Shown piece after piece: positions 14,114 to 28,679 of a stretch of 64,000 bases of DNA. Position numbers and translations under genes: made by a program. The notes below the pieces were generated by a model. It was given only the letters and a program-made list of their open reading frames with translations. It was not told the origin of the DNA and did no database searches. This stretch comes from Eledone cirrhosa (taxonomy: Eukaryota). The stretch's first letter is position 1. Every line of letters begins with the position of its first letter. The stretch is taken from NCBI GenBank assembly GCA_964016885.1, contig OZ024747.1, forward strand, positions 70,556,001 to 70,620,000. Direction: 5' to 3'.

Positions 14114-14251
14114 TGTGTGTGTGTGTGTATGTGTGTATGTGTGTGAGTGTGTGTGAGTGTGTGTGTGTATGTATATACATATATATATATGTGTGTGTGT
14201 GTATGTATATATATATATATACATATATATATATGTGTGTGTGCATGTGTG

Positions 14252-14290
<39 letters not shown>

Positions 14291-14360
14291 GTGTGATTTT
14301 TTTTACAAAATGAAAAATAACTGAGGTGTCCTACACGAGTGAAAGTATAAAGAATAAAAA

Positions 14361-14610
14361 ATGAAATCGAAAATGCAACTGGAGTCGTATTTTAAAAAAA
14401 ATATATATATTTATTTGGTTCCTTTACCCGTTTCGCAGTTCTTCTGCTTTTCAAAAGTAGAGTTGAGATGGAGGGTCTGTGAGAAAAACCACAGACCCTC
14501 AATATCAACTCTACTTTTGAAAAGCAGAAGAACTGTGAAACCGGTAAAGGAACCAAATAAATATATATATATTTTTTAAAATACGAGTCCAGTTGCATTT
14601 TCGATTTCAT
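14361..14610. repeat. Fold-back element with two opposed U3-A8 variant HHR motifs
   Basis: Near-perfect palindrome centred at about 14486. HHR motifs at 14513-14550 (+) and 14421-14458 (-). Same family as 17995-18199. Confidence 0.85.
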
Positions 14611-14635
14611 CTTTTTTTATTTATATATATATATA

Positions 14636-15177
<542 letters not shown>

Positions 15178-15589
15178 CGTGTGTGTATGAATGTATATAT
15201 ATATATATATAAATATATATATGTATACACATATATATGTATCTACATATATATATACATATATATATGTATCTATATATATATACATATATATATAAAA
15301 AAACATAAGAAAGAAGAATACTGCGTGGTTTGCACATGGGTTACATATGATAAAAATAGTCCTTCGACAGTGATTTTCCAACCATCATTGGTATTTCAAC
15401 GCATTAAAAATCAGATACCTCAGTTTGGTGCGAGCAATAACTAAAAAAAGTTATTGGGACCAGAATTCGAGTAAGGCGAGGGGGACAAGTAAACAACATA
15501 GAAGGATAAAAGCAAACCGAAGATAGGAAAATAAACAAGCAACATGGTTGTCCGGTCAGCATAAGCTGGGTGGATTTCATGAGCGAGAG

Positions 15590-15872
15590 AGGTACAGACC
15601 GTGTTGATTCCCACCACCCTGCCCATGTTTCATGTTCTTCCTCTACTGTGTCTTCCCTCCACTATGATTTCTTGGCACTTCTTTATCCAGCGGTCAACCT
15701 CCATGCGCATTACATGTCTATACCATCTCAGTCATACCTTCTCCTGCACACCTCAACTTATACCTCTTATACACGGGTTCTTTCTCAACTCATCTATGCT
15801 TGGTCATTCACGCACATTGACATTACTTGCTTTATTTCTCTCCAGCTATCGCATATCCTCCGCAATTGCTGC

Positions 15873-15875
<3 letters not shown>
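15590..15875 (-). mobile_element. Decayed RTE LINE RT C-terminal fragment
   Basis: Translates with stops and shifts to [32 protein letters not shown], like 51000-51400. Confidence 0.75.
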
Positions 15876-15970
<95 letters not shown>

Positions 15971-16065
15971 CCAAAGATTAATATGGTTCATTGATTACTC
16001 AATGAATATAGTTTTACAATAGATTAAAAAAAGCACTCTACAATGAAGTTTTCTGGAGTTATTAA

Positions 16066-16395
16066 TATTATTCAAAATATTAATAAATGAAGACATTCAC
16101 ATAATCAAAACATATGTTTCATTATATATATTTCGAAGGTACTGTGCTGTTTTTTCAGTAAGTCTCGTCAGATAAAATACATGAATTGATGTATGACACC
16201 CCTCAATGGTCTTGATGGTTCAATTCCAGTACTGCCAATGCTGGAATTGAACCATCAAACCGTTGAGGTATGTCATACATCAATTCATGTATTTTATCTG
16301 ACGAGGACGTACTGGTAAAACAGCACAGTACCTTCGAAATATATATAATAAAACATATTTGGATGATGAGAATGTCTTCATTTATTAATATTTTG

Positions 16396-16402
<7 letters not shown>
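16066..16402. repeat. Fold-back pLTR-like element with opposed HHR motifs
   Basis: About 165-bp inverted arms. Plus arm CTGACGA (16298) GGACGTACTG...CAGTACCTTC GAAA (16336) TATATA. The minus arm mirrors it. Confidence 0.8.
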
Positions 16403-16440
<38 letters not shown>

Positions 16441-16443
<3 letters not shown>

Positions 16444-17992
16444 CGAAGGAAATGTGGTAAGGAACCAGGTGGACCATAACGCACCAAAGTACTCAATACT
16501 TAGGGTAGTAGAGTGGGTAATAGGAACGAGTAGGGCCCCGACGGCTGAGCTCAAGCCGTTTCGACGGCTAATTCTGGACTAAACGAACATTTTTATCGTG
16601 GTATATGAATAGCTGAGTCTCTCAGGGGGTAATTCTATATATGGTAAAAGTGATTGTCACAAGGATTGGTCAAAAGTTTGTTGTTGAGACACATAATTCT
16701 ATCATGGCAATTTGTGGTAGGAAGGGGTAGCTGAACCTGCCAGTAGAAGAAAGGGGGAGAGGGAGTGGAGGAAACCCAGTCGTGCGTTGATAGTGCCAAC
16801 TACAGCAGGGCAGGAGGTCAAGCAAGTATACTAGGGAGGAGGAGGGGGAGGAAGTCGAAAAAATAAGTAAATCAATATGTAGTAAAATATATAGAATACC
16901 AAGAATGTTAAAAATATAAAAAAACAATTTCTGGTTACTATTCCCTAACGACAGTCATAAAGTCTCTCACTGGTACTGCTAAACTATAGAAAAGTTTACT
17001 AGGTGGGACCGAATTGTAATGAGAGCATTTTAAGAGTTAGTAGTAATCAACCGAGTATATCTTACGGTGACAGGTCAACAAGTGGGGGGCCAAAATACTA
17101 AAGAAACTACCACGAAATAATAATTCAGAGTCGCGAAACTAATACAAAATAAATGTTTCTACCCTAGGCACAATGCCAGCAAACATCCAGTGCAAAAATT
17201 AAACTAATACGAAATAATAATTCAGAATCCCGAAAATGAATACTAATACTATCTCTAAGGGTGCCGCTACGATACAAAAATTCTAGTGTAAACTCGTACG
17301 AGGTATATGAACAATTTGATACGGAAAATTAATTCAGAATCCCCCCACCAAAAATAATAATAAATACTGATATACGAGAAATTAAAGCAGAGATACCACT
17401 AAGAAATGTAGAAAGCACGGAAATAGGGCAGCCATCGGATAAGAAAGCAAGTATCTGGGGTCTATCACATCTGCTATGAAAAGCGAAGTCAGCCATTTCT
17501 ATCATAGAATAGGGGATGGGGGTGGGGGTACTTAGGCTACAAAGGACCGAGGGGCTGCCTCGGGTGGGCGAGAAAATGAAAAGGACGACGACAAAGAAGG
17601 AGTACTGGGGAGGAAGGATTAGGAAGGGATGGTGGAAGAAGGAAATATAGAGGAAACGATAAAAATATATAAAAGATCTTACGTCTACCTTTGCAAGCAG
17701 GGGTTACCCATTACAAAGTCGGCAAGTGGGGTGTTACAGCCCTTGTCTTCCATCGGATCATTATGGGGTTTGAAGGCGAGGTAAGTCCTACGCAATCTGT
17801 GTTTGCATGCAGTTACCAGTTCGTCTTTCTTGTTTAGGAGTGGGTCCGTCGAAAACAGCATTTGTAAAGTTTCCTCCGAGCATAAATTGCACGGACGGCG
17901 TCCTCCTGTGTAAGAGTTGGCTCTGGACAGTAAGCTCCAAGTGTGATCATAGGGATCTCAAAGATAACAATATTACCTATGATCTCACTTGG
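16441..17992 (-). mobile_element. Second Hydra-like PLE, 3' portion (EN C-terminus, long 3'UTR, pLTR)
   Basis: 17685-17954 translates PYDHTWSLLSRANSYTGGRRPCNLCSEETLQMLFSTDPLLNKKDELVTACKHR. The 3' end abuts (TA)n. pLTR copies recur at 18218-18352, 20578-20640, 62995-63150 and 63610-63817. Confidence 0.8.
16536..16629 (-). ncRNA. HHR-topology motif with CUGAGA core (N7 absent)
   Basis: CCCC CTGAGA GAC..GCTA.TTC...GAA.TAGC.GTC GAA ACGGCT-TGAGCTC-AGCCGT C GGGG. Confidence 0.6.
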
Positions 17993-18021
17993 ATAAACCA
18001 CAGACCCTCCATCTCAACTCA

Positions 18022-18059
18022 CCTTTTGAAAAGCAGAAGAACTGCGAAACCGGTAAAGG
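18022..18059 (+). ncRNA. Minimal type-I HHR with U3-A8 core
   Basis: CCTT TTGAAAA GCAG-AAGAA-CTGC GAA ACCGGT A AAGG. Confidence 0.7.
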
Positions 18060-18348
18060 AACCAAATAAATATATATATATTTAAAAAAATAATAAGACT
18101 CCAGTTGCATTTTCGATTTCATCTCTTTTTCTTTATACTTTCACTCGTGTAGGACACCTCGGTTATTTTTCATTTTGTAAAAAAACCCTCACTTTCTAAT
18201 ATATATATATATATATATAGGAACGAGTAGGATCCCGACGGCTGAGCTCAAGCCGTTTCGAAAGCTAATTCTGGACTAAATTAACATTTTTATCCTGGTA
18301 TATGAATAGCCGAGCTTCTCAGGGGGTAATCCCATATATGGTAAAAGT

Positions 18349-18462
<114 letters not shown>

Positions 18463-18568
18463 GAGAAGAAAGAAGAATACTGCGTGGTTTGCACATGGAT
18501 TACATATGATAAAAATAGTCCTTCGTCAGTGATTTTCCAACCATCATTGGTATTTCATCGCATTAAAA

Positions 18569-19002
<434 letters not shown>

Positions 19003-19032
19003 TGGAAATGAATGAATATGTATATAAATATG

Positions 19033-19079
<47 letters not shown>

Positions 19080-19087
<8 letters not shown>

Positions 19088-20515
19088 ATACTTTGGGAGG
19101 GTCATGTTGCCAATAAGAAACACACGCACCAGTTGCTTCACTTCAATTTATTATAATAAATTTATAAATTTAGGAATTTATGAATTTCCGGTTGGTTGGT
19201 TGGTTCCACAACCAGATGGTTGTTTATATATTGTGAAAGTTCTTTCGTCACACATTCTGTGACCTCTTCAGTGACTGGGGATTCTTTTCTTTGTTTTTGT
19301 GCCTCTCCTTTGTTCTGTCCTACGACATTTTGTTTCTGTGTGTGTGTTGTGTGCTCAGTCTGTGCATGCGCCACATCCGGGTGTCTGTGTGTGTTTATAT
19401 TCGTTTATTTATTTGTTTATTTACATGTTACAGGTTGGCTGTTTGTTCTATGTGCGTGTGTGTTTTCATTTTGTCCTTAATTGTAAGTTGTGATGTTGCT
19501 GTTCCACTCATGTTTTCTATTTAATTTTGGTTGTAATTCTTTTATGTTTATTGCCTCTGTGATTTGTCTAAAGATTGCGTCTAATCTGTGTGTAGATTCT
19601 ATTTTTATTTCTATGTTCTATTTTAGCATGTTGGTAGAGTACAGATGATTCTTTACTATCTTGAAGGTCTCGCCAGTGTTCATTTATCCGTTCCCCTACA
19701 CTACGAGCTGTCTCACCCATGTACACTATATTTTTGTCTTTACATTGTCCTTCAGTACATCTTATGCTATATACTACATTTGTAGTTTTACAGTTAATAT
19801 GGGGGCTTAATTTACAGGTTATACATTTCTTATCTATACAGGGGGGTCTTTGAAAAGGGTATGTCTTGCTAATAAGTGTTTTTACGGACGTACCTGGTCT
19901 TTCTACTATCTTAATATTGAGTTTATGTTTATCTAGGGCCCTTCTAAATTTGTAAGCTAATTCACCTCTAGGGGTTGTATCGATGAACATTACACTCTGG
20001 TATTTATTGCTATCATACCATGAGTTTATTCTATTAGACTTATTCCTAGTTCTTTCTATTCTATTCCAAAATTTGCTCCTATACAAGGGGCAGGTCCCAT
20101 TTGTGTCATTATTTACCATTTTATCCCATTTGGTTCTGGCTCCTCTATACACGCTGATTTTATCTCTCTGATTGTAACCAGAGAACTGCATACGGTGGAT
20201 GAAGTGTTGTATGTGTCTCTCTAGTTCTTCGGGGTTGCACATGCGGGACACGTTTCTCATCACCCGTACCAAATCCGCAATCAGTATGTTGATTTTGGTA
20301 TGGTCCGAAACAGCTGAGTTTCGGTGGATCAGATATTTGGAAGTCATGGGTTTGGCATAATGGGAATGGAGGATTTGTTTTTTGTTATTAATGGTATCTA
20401 ACCAGAGCTCTGTGTCTAGTACAGGTAATCGATGGTTGGGGTGTTTACTTGGGTAGACTATAGTAACTCTAATACTCTGGTGGATGGAGTTAGCTATTTG
20501 CTGGATGCTTTTCAT

Positions 20516-20520
<5 letters not shown>
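19080..20520 (-). mobile_element. 5'-truncated Nematis-like PLE (RT thumb + GIY-YIG + 3'UTR)
   Basis: ORF 19568-20515: YPSKHPNHRLPVLD, HYAKPM, RMQFSGY, IVERPG, CxxxxCxxC, CKTTNVVY..C...C..YMGETARS..ERINEH. Flanked by (TA)n. A decayed tail copy lies at about 49886-50070. Confidence 0.85.
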
Positions 20521-20581
<61 letters not shown>

Positions 20582-20638
20582 GTCCAGAAATAGCAGTCGA
20601 ATCGGCTTGAGCTCTGCCGTCGGGGTCATACTTTTTCC

Positions 20639-20670
<32 letters not shown>

Positions 20671-20704
20671 ATATATATATATATATAAAATATATTTATA
20701 TATA

Positions 20705-21822
20705 TCATCATCCTCATCATCGTTTAACGTCCGTGTTCCACGCTTGCATGGGTTTGGACGGGGGTTTTCCCACTTGAGGCAAGAGTGGTTGTCTTGCTCG
20801 CATAGGACTGTCTGGCGGGTTTTCTACAGCTGGATGCCCTTCCTAACACCAACCACATTTACAGTGTGGGGCTCGGAGGTTTTTACCGGTTGCCTACACG
20901 GCCACATTACAGCGTGGACTGTCTGGCGTGTTTTCTACAGTTGGATGCCCTTCCTAACACCAACCACATTTACAGTGTGGACTGGGAGGTTTTTACCGTG
21001 TTGCCTACACAGCCACATTACAGCGTGGACTGTGTGTTTTTTGTCGTGACACCTACACGATCTCATTTGTTTCGGCCTGGATGTTGTGGCACCAACATAA
21101 CTTTGCATTGAAGGGGGCGGTGTGGATGGGGTGGGGGTGGTGGGACGGCGGTGTATTTTGTTAGAGATGCCTACTGGCTGTAGTAGGTTTTACTTTGTAT
21201 TTAGGTAAGGCGGGTGTTCTCTGTTACTGAGTACCGCCAAAGGTCTCGGTCCAGTGACATTGTCTTGGAGAGGTGTAAGTGTGTGAGGTCGGAATTTATC
21301 AGCTCGTCCCAGGTTTTCCTGGGTCTGCCTACTCCGTGGCTACCATCTATCTTTATTACCCTGCACTTTGTTATACAGCTGTCGTCTTTCATGCGCATCA
21401 CGTGACCATACCACGTAGCCTTCTTTTGAGTAAACAACATCTGATCCCTCTTATTTCTAATTTTTTCCTTAGTTCGTTTATGCTTTGCCGTTCACGTATA
21501 TTACTATTACACATCCAGCGGAGCATGCAAGCTTCGTTCCTCTCCAGTTTGCGTATATCTTCTGCACACAATGCCCAGGTCTCACTGCCATGCAACATTG
21601 CTGTTCGTATACAGGCATCATACAACCTGCCTTTCATTTTTAGGGAGAACCCTTTAGCGGCTAATAGTGGTATAAGCTCTCTGAACTTTTTCCATCCAGT
21701 TCTGACTCTAGCTACTGTACTTTCAGAGCACCCTCCCCCACTGCTGATTTTGTCACCCAGGTAATGGAACCTGTCCACTATTTCTATAGAACCCTCTGCG
21801 CAATTGAAAGGGCTAGTATTTT
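20705..21822 (-). mobile_element. RTE LINE 3' fragment
   Basis: FHYLGDKISSGGG...GWKKFREL.PLL..KG.LYDAC.R.AMLHGSETW...WYGHVMRM...GRPRKTW, followed by 3'UTR and (GAT)n tail. Confidence 0.9.
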
Positions 21823-21823
21823 G

Positions 21824-21858
<35 letters not shown>

Positions 21859-22154
21859 TATATATATATATAACCCATGCTAGCGTGGAAGATGGACGTT
21901 AAACGATGATGATGATGATATATATATATATGTCCGTATGTGGTTGATGGCTGGGAGTAAAAAGTACTCAATACTGAAGTAGAGTTTTAATATTCATTTT
22001 ATTAACACTAAATAGTAAGTCTTGCTATTCTTTCACCTGTTTATCCTGTGATAAACAGGTGAAACTCCAGAGTAACAAAACTCACTATCTAACTGTAACA
22101 AAATGAACATATATATAGATGATGATATATATAGATGATGATATATATAGATGA

Positions 22155-22191
<37 letters not shown>

Positions 22192-22194
22192 GTA

Positions 22195-22512
22195 GGTGCA
22201 TGGCTTCGTGGTTAGAGCATTGGGCTTGCAATTGAGAGTTTTTTTTTTTTTGTCTCGGACCGGGTGATGTGTTATGTCTTTGAGCAAGACACTTTATTTC
22301 ACGTTGCTCCAGTTTACTCAGCCGTAGAAAAGAGTTGCGACGTCACTGGTGCCAAGCTGTATCAGCCATTGCCTTTCCCTTGGATAACATCGGTGGCGTG
22401 GAGAGGGGAGACTGGTATTCCACAAAACGAACCTTGCTCAGGCTTGGGCCTCGGAGGGAAACTTTCTAGATGCAAAACCATGGTCATTCGTGACTGAGTG
22501 GGGCCTTCACAA
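22195..22512 (+). mobile_element. tRNA-SINE with family-B head and core but a different tail
   Basis: Head and core match 18675-18810. The 3' part is unrelated to the RTE tail. Confidence 0.75.
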
Positions 22513-23190
22513 TGTATATATATATATATATCCATATATATATATATATACACACATATATATATACACATGCACACATATATATACACGTATATATATA
22601 TATATATACACATACATATATATATACACACAAACACACACACACTCAAATACACACACACACACACACCAATACATATATATATATATTAAAATAACAT
22701 ATATATTTATTGAGCCCTCTTTGGATTTTAGTCTTCAGCTTTATTATTAATGCTATATATACATGCACATATATATATATACATGCACTTATATATATAT
22801 ATGACTGTGTGAGAATCAGGTGAAACTCCAGAGTAACAAACTCACTATTTAGTCTTAATAAAATAAATATATACATATATATGTGTGTGTCTGTCTGTAT
22901 GTATGTATGTTTTAATAGTCATTTATATAAAGCATATATGATATATTTATGTTCAACATACATAAGTTTCACTAAGGGTGTTCAAAGATTTGATCATCTC
23001 ACAACTATCTCCTGTCACCATGTGAGTATGTTTCCACACTTGCAACTGAGGCTACAGCTTATATAGATTTTTGCTTATAAAATATCTGCTGCAGATGCAT
23101 GCCTTAACATACACCTCTATTATTATTCATGTTTTGTTGGTGTTACTTGGAATTTGTCGCAACAGGTTCACCATATAGATGTTTGACACA

Positions 23191-23227
<37 letters not shown>

Positions 23228-23560
23228 TGATAATTTATCTTAACCACAGTTCCAAGAGTTCCTGAAGATGGGGATAATAATACTGAAACACTAGCCTGAG
23301 GTAAGTGTGACATGATCACAGCTTAATTTTATGTTGGTTAAAGCAAGACTTATGTAGGTGTATTATACAAAATCACATTGTAAATGCTTTCATATATCTC
23401 TCTATTGTGAATCACTTTAAGTTAGTGGTGCCCCTAATACACACACACACACATATACATACTCTTTTACCCATTCCGGCGAACTGGCTGAGACAATGCT
23501 GGGGCACCACCAATATATATAATTAAGAGACGAAGTTTGTCATATATATATATGTGTGTG

Positions 23561-23619
<59 letters not shown>

Positions 23620-23642
23620 GTGTATTTATATATATTTGTACA

Positions 23643-24004
<362 letters not shown>

Positions 24005-24117
24005 GTTATTGTTCTGCAACCCCATGCATTGAACCACAATGTTACTAAGACAAAACCTATATATTTGCTAGCATTGATATGCATCTGTATGTATATAAAT
24101 GTTACTAGATATAAATT

Positions 24118-24167
<50 letters not shown>

Positions 24168-24171
<4 letters not shown>

Positions 24172-24556
24172 TCATCATCATCATCGTTTAATATTCCACG
24201 CTCGCATGGGTTTAGGCGGGAGTTTTCCCACTTGAGGCAAGAGTGGTTGTCCGCATAGGACTGTCTGGCGGGTTTTCTAAGGCTGGGTGCCCTTCCTAAC
24301 ACCAACCACATTTACAGTGTGGAACTGGGAGGTTTTTACCGTGTTACCTACACGGCCACATTACAGCGTGGACTGTGTGTTTTTTTTTGTCGTGACACCT
24401 ACATGACCTCATTTGTTTCGGGCTGGATGTTGTGACACCAACATAACTTTACATTGAAAGGGGTGGTGTGGATGGGGTGGGGGTAGTGGGCAGGGGGTGT
24501 ATTTTGTTAGAGGTGCCTACTGACTGTAGTAGGTTTCACTTTGCACTTAGGTAAGA
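24168..24556 (-). mobile_element. RTE LINE 3'UTR fragment
   Basis: Collinear with 20705-21210. Confidence 0.85.
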
Positions 24557-24826
24557 TATATATATATATATATATATATATCATCATTTCATTTCATTTT
24601 ACGTCCGCTTTTCCATGCTTGCAAGGGTGGGACAGGAACTGATTCTGGCTTGATTTCTACAGCTGGATGCCCTTCCTAACACCAACCTCATTTACAATTA
24701 GTGCTGGGTGCTTTTTTGCCGTGGCACCTCCACGACCACTTTGCAGTGGAATGATATGGACCCCAGTCCCTATCATCTCATTTCTACAGCTGAGTATATA
24801 TATATGTATGTGTGTATTTATATATA

Positions 24827-25350
24827 TGTCAGGTCACCAGTTGGTGCTACTGGTAACATGTATCCCAGTACAACCTGTCTCATGGTCGGGTCGTTGGCGA
24901 CTAAACTGGCAACCCCACCAAGGTTTCTTGGTGAGGAGGGTGACTTTGGACATCCTGCAGGACTAAAAACAAAACCTGTCAAAGGGCAAAGGAGCTCTTA
25001 AGAGTCAATGGCCATCCAAAATCACCGGGAGAGATGACCCCTTAGCCTTTGTCAAGGCAGAATTCTAGGAGAAGGAAAACTCTGATATAACACCTGCAAC
25101 TCTGATGGTATCCAATGATGTTGACTTGTTCTTCTTTTTGGTAAATATCATCTTGGTTAAGAGAGTGGGACTGGCTTTGTGCAGTGCCTTTGCTCACTAT
25201 AAAAGCTTCACGGCACAGGCATTGCTTTATATCTGGAGATCTCTCTGCACTTGTTGTCATATGGTACCATGGGCCCAGCACTATGTGTCAATAATTGTCA
25301 CAAGTGTAGTGTTTGTACCAGAGGTTTCAAGTCGCTGGCTGGACTAAAAA
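24827..25350. repeat. About 520-bp dispersed repeat, copy 1
   Basis: Near-identical to 62438-62960. Confidence 0.9.
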
Positions 25351-25433
25351 GTCACACTCGTTCAGCGCTTCGGTAGGGGTTATCCTACATGGATGTAAAG
25401 TAGTGGCCGTACTCGAAAACGAGTTGGCAGCCA

Positions 25434-25506
<73 letters not shown>

Positions 25507-25562
25507 TGTATATATATAAATATTGATGTTGATTTGGTTATCAATATTAATGTTATTGGGTA

Positions 25563-25679
25563 CCCACTGAAGATTTATAAGAGCCCACTTGAATAAATAT
25601 CTGTTGATCAAGCTTCTACATAACTTGGTGAAATTTCGCCCAACTTGTAGAAATCTTATAATGAAACGAGTCGTCTGGG
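25563..25679 (+). ncRNA. Type-I HHR motif with expanded stem II
   Basis: CCCA CTGAAGA T TTATAAGA...TCTTATAA T GAA ACG-AGT-CGT C TGGG. Lies in a ~300-bp island between (TA)n tracts. Confidence 0.7.
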
Positions 25680-25996
25680 AAATGATATATTTGATATATC
25701 TCATATGAAATAATACAGCCAATTATGCACACAATACAATATAGTTAGCACCCCAAACGATTAATTGGGAATATACTCAGGTATTCTCTAATGTTTGTTG
25801 ACTGAGTTGGAATTTGGCTGGAGTATCGCTTTTAGCTTTCTCCGATTATGTATTTATATATATAAATGTATATATATATATATGTATATATGTATGTGTA
25901 TATATATATATGTTTGTGTATATATTTATATATATATATGTGTACGTATATATATGTGTGTATATATATATACATATGTATGTGTATATATATATG

Positions 25997-26028
<32 letters not shown>

Positions 26029-26073
26029 AGAAAGATAGATAAATACATAGTTATATACACATATTTGTACATA

Positions 26074-26400
26074 AATTGAATGTTTAGGTGAGTCATTTGT
26101 GATGGGATACCTTTAAACACAAACTTCAATGTAAACTTTTATGTAACAACCTATTCGGCAATATCTTTCAAGTATCAATACATCATACTGCAGAAGCTAT
26201 AAGATTGATGTTGATCATTATGATAAAATTTAATAGGGCATTATTTTCTAAAATATATTGTATATTTTTAAATGATTGTCCACTATATAAAGTGAGCAGT
26301 AACTGCAAAACTGACAGGAATTTCATATAATATATTAGAATAGAATATATTTTGTGGTTGATTTTGGCAGCAATTGGTGACCCTTTCAATTACTTTGTAC
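26074..26400 (-). pseudogene. Possible highly decayed PLE RT fragment
   Basis: GSPIAA (motif B'-like), CIDT (YIDD-like) and HLNIQF (HPNIKFT-like) occur in the expected order. Confidence 0.35.
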
Positions 26401-26681
26401 ATTATTTCTTCCTAATAAATTACAAGGCTTCTATCACTTGTATATGAGTTTTTGTGTATTCCTACATACATGCAAACACAAAAACGGTTATACTTATCTA
26501 CAAACACACTCAGAAACACACACATGTGTACGTACACACACACACATACATAAATACATAATACATACTTTATCATGGTAAAGTTATAGGTCTTGTTATT
26601 CTGGAGTGTCAACTGTGTACTCACAGGCTCATCAGAGAAGATTGTCTTGTTTGATAATTCTGCGAGTACACAGGAGAAAGT

Positions 26682-26715
<34 letters not shown>

Positions 26716-26949
26716 TAGGTGTGTAGTCACTAAAATGATATGTACATTCATGCAGTACTCACCATTCTCTGATCATATTTAGTTTTCTGAGGAAGTATGC
26801 ATATATTATATGCATTTGTAAATCTACAGATACCTGTGTGACTGTACATATATGATACAGCCTTATATTTACCTTTTACTTGTGTTTATATATATATATA
26901 TATACAATGATATTAAATAAATGGACACTATATTTATAAAACCATATTT

Positions 26950-27012
26950 ATTTTATTATATATATTTCAAGGGTACCAAAAAACTTTGGTACGCTTTCTT
27001 CAGATAAAATAC
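26950..27012 (-). ncRNA. HHR motif in a solo pLTR of the Hydra-like family
   Basis: CTGAAGA AAGCGTACCAAA-GTTT-TTTGGTACCCTT GAAA TATATA. Flanks are homologous to 12906-13010. Confidence 0.65.
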
Positions 27013-27161
27013 AAAGTTTGTTTTATAAATAGCGACATACCCAGGAAAATCATTTAATATCATTGAATATTTACTCCAGGAAACTGTTGAGAGCTCTAAA
27101 TCGGTTATAAACATTTTTATTTATACTTGTCGGCTTTCCAACAAATTAAATATCCCTTCTA

Positions 27162-27374
<213 letters not shown>

Positions 27375-27404
27375 GTATATACATATACATATACACACAC
27401 ACAT

Positions 27405-28520
27405 ATCACCACATTTAGGTGTGCCCCCAAATCGCGACCACCTGGTACGCAGTTCCTTCCCGGCCTCTCTTACAACTCCACGCGGCTCTAATCCTTGTTC
27501 TCGTCCCTGCTGTAACATGTGTCCTTTCATTTCCAACCTCACCACTCTCACAGGCCCCAAAAGTTCATTCCGTATCTGCCACTCCTTCTTCACCTGCACC
27601 TCAAACTACGTTGTCTATGCCCTCTGGTGTTCCCTTTGCAGGTCCTTATACATTGGACAAACCGGACGCCACATGCCGGACCGTTTTGCTGAACATTTGA
27701 GATACTCCCATCGCCCATCATTTCCATTCTCCGGGTTACTCTTCCCTACATGTCTCAGTCCTGGCTGTCCTTTTACATCACGGATCACAGGCCTCACGCA
27801 CTAGGACCGAATAGAGTCTGATTTACTGCCTTGGGTACTGTTTCCCCTATGGACTCTACTCCCCTCCCCAATTTCTTTAATATTACACATATACATTTAT
27901 GCTTACTTCTCTACCCTTTGCCCCGTCCATTATCACACGCACACCCCTAGATTCCTCTGGCTCTCTTATGGTCAAAAACATGTACTCTTACAGCTGATAT
28001 AGACCAACAAAATATGCACACACCTCTACTTTTCCCATCACAGATCTCTATACACACACACTCCCTTATATTAACATACTTTTGCTCACAGCTTCATACT
28101 TACAAGTACACACACACACACTTCTACTTACATATACGCACACATCATCTTAGATTCATACGGCCATATAACAACACATTCATGTGCACATACGCATGCG
28201 CATAGCTCTATATACAAAACGTTTTCTTTTCCATTTCAGGTAGACACGCTCTGTCGTCCAATTTTCTAAAAAGTATATCATACACAAAACACCAGCATCA
28301 ACAGTTTTCCTAGTGATGGCAACATGAATGGACCTGCTATTTTTCTCTAAAAACATGTTTTCTGATGCCACCCTACCCATCCCTTCAATTTTTTTAATTT
28401 CTCATTCTTTCTTCTGATGAGGGATTAGCGTCCAAAACGTTAAGACCCTCTTCCTGCTATTTCAAGTGTTAACCTAATATATTCCTTCCATATACTGAAC
28501 CGATTATCTTGTTATTTCTG
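27405..28520 (+). mobile_element. Neptune-like PLE 3' fragment (GIY-YIG + 3'UTR + pLTR)
   Basis: RDHLVRS..PC....[40 protein letters not shown] motif at 28410-28445 with G12 mutated to A. Confidence 0.85.
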
Positions 28521-28679
28521 TATATATATATATATGTCTGTGCGAGTTTGTATGTAGACAAGTTCTTTTGGGTACATTTGATGTTCAGAGAATGGGATTG
28601 GAACCCTGCAAAGCCTTTTCTCACTTAAAAAGGATTCAAGCACAGGCATTGCTTAATATGTGACATTATTTATTGGATC

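Noticed and set aside
23255-23300. CTGAAGA...GAAAC as an HHR
   Set aside because: Stems I and II pair poorly and there is no clear NUH. At best a decayed copy.
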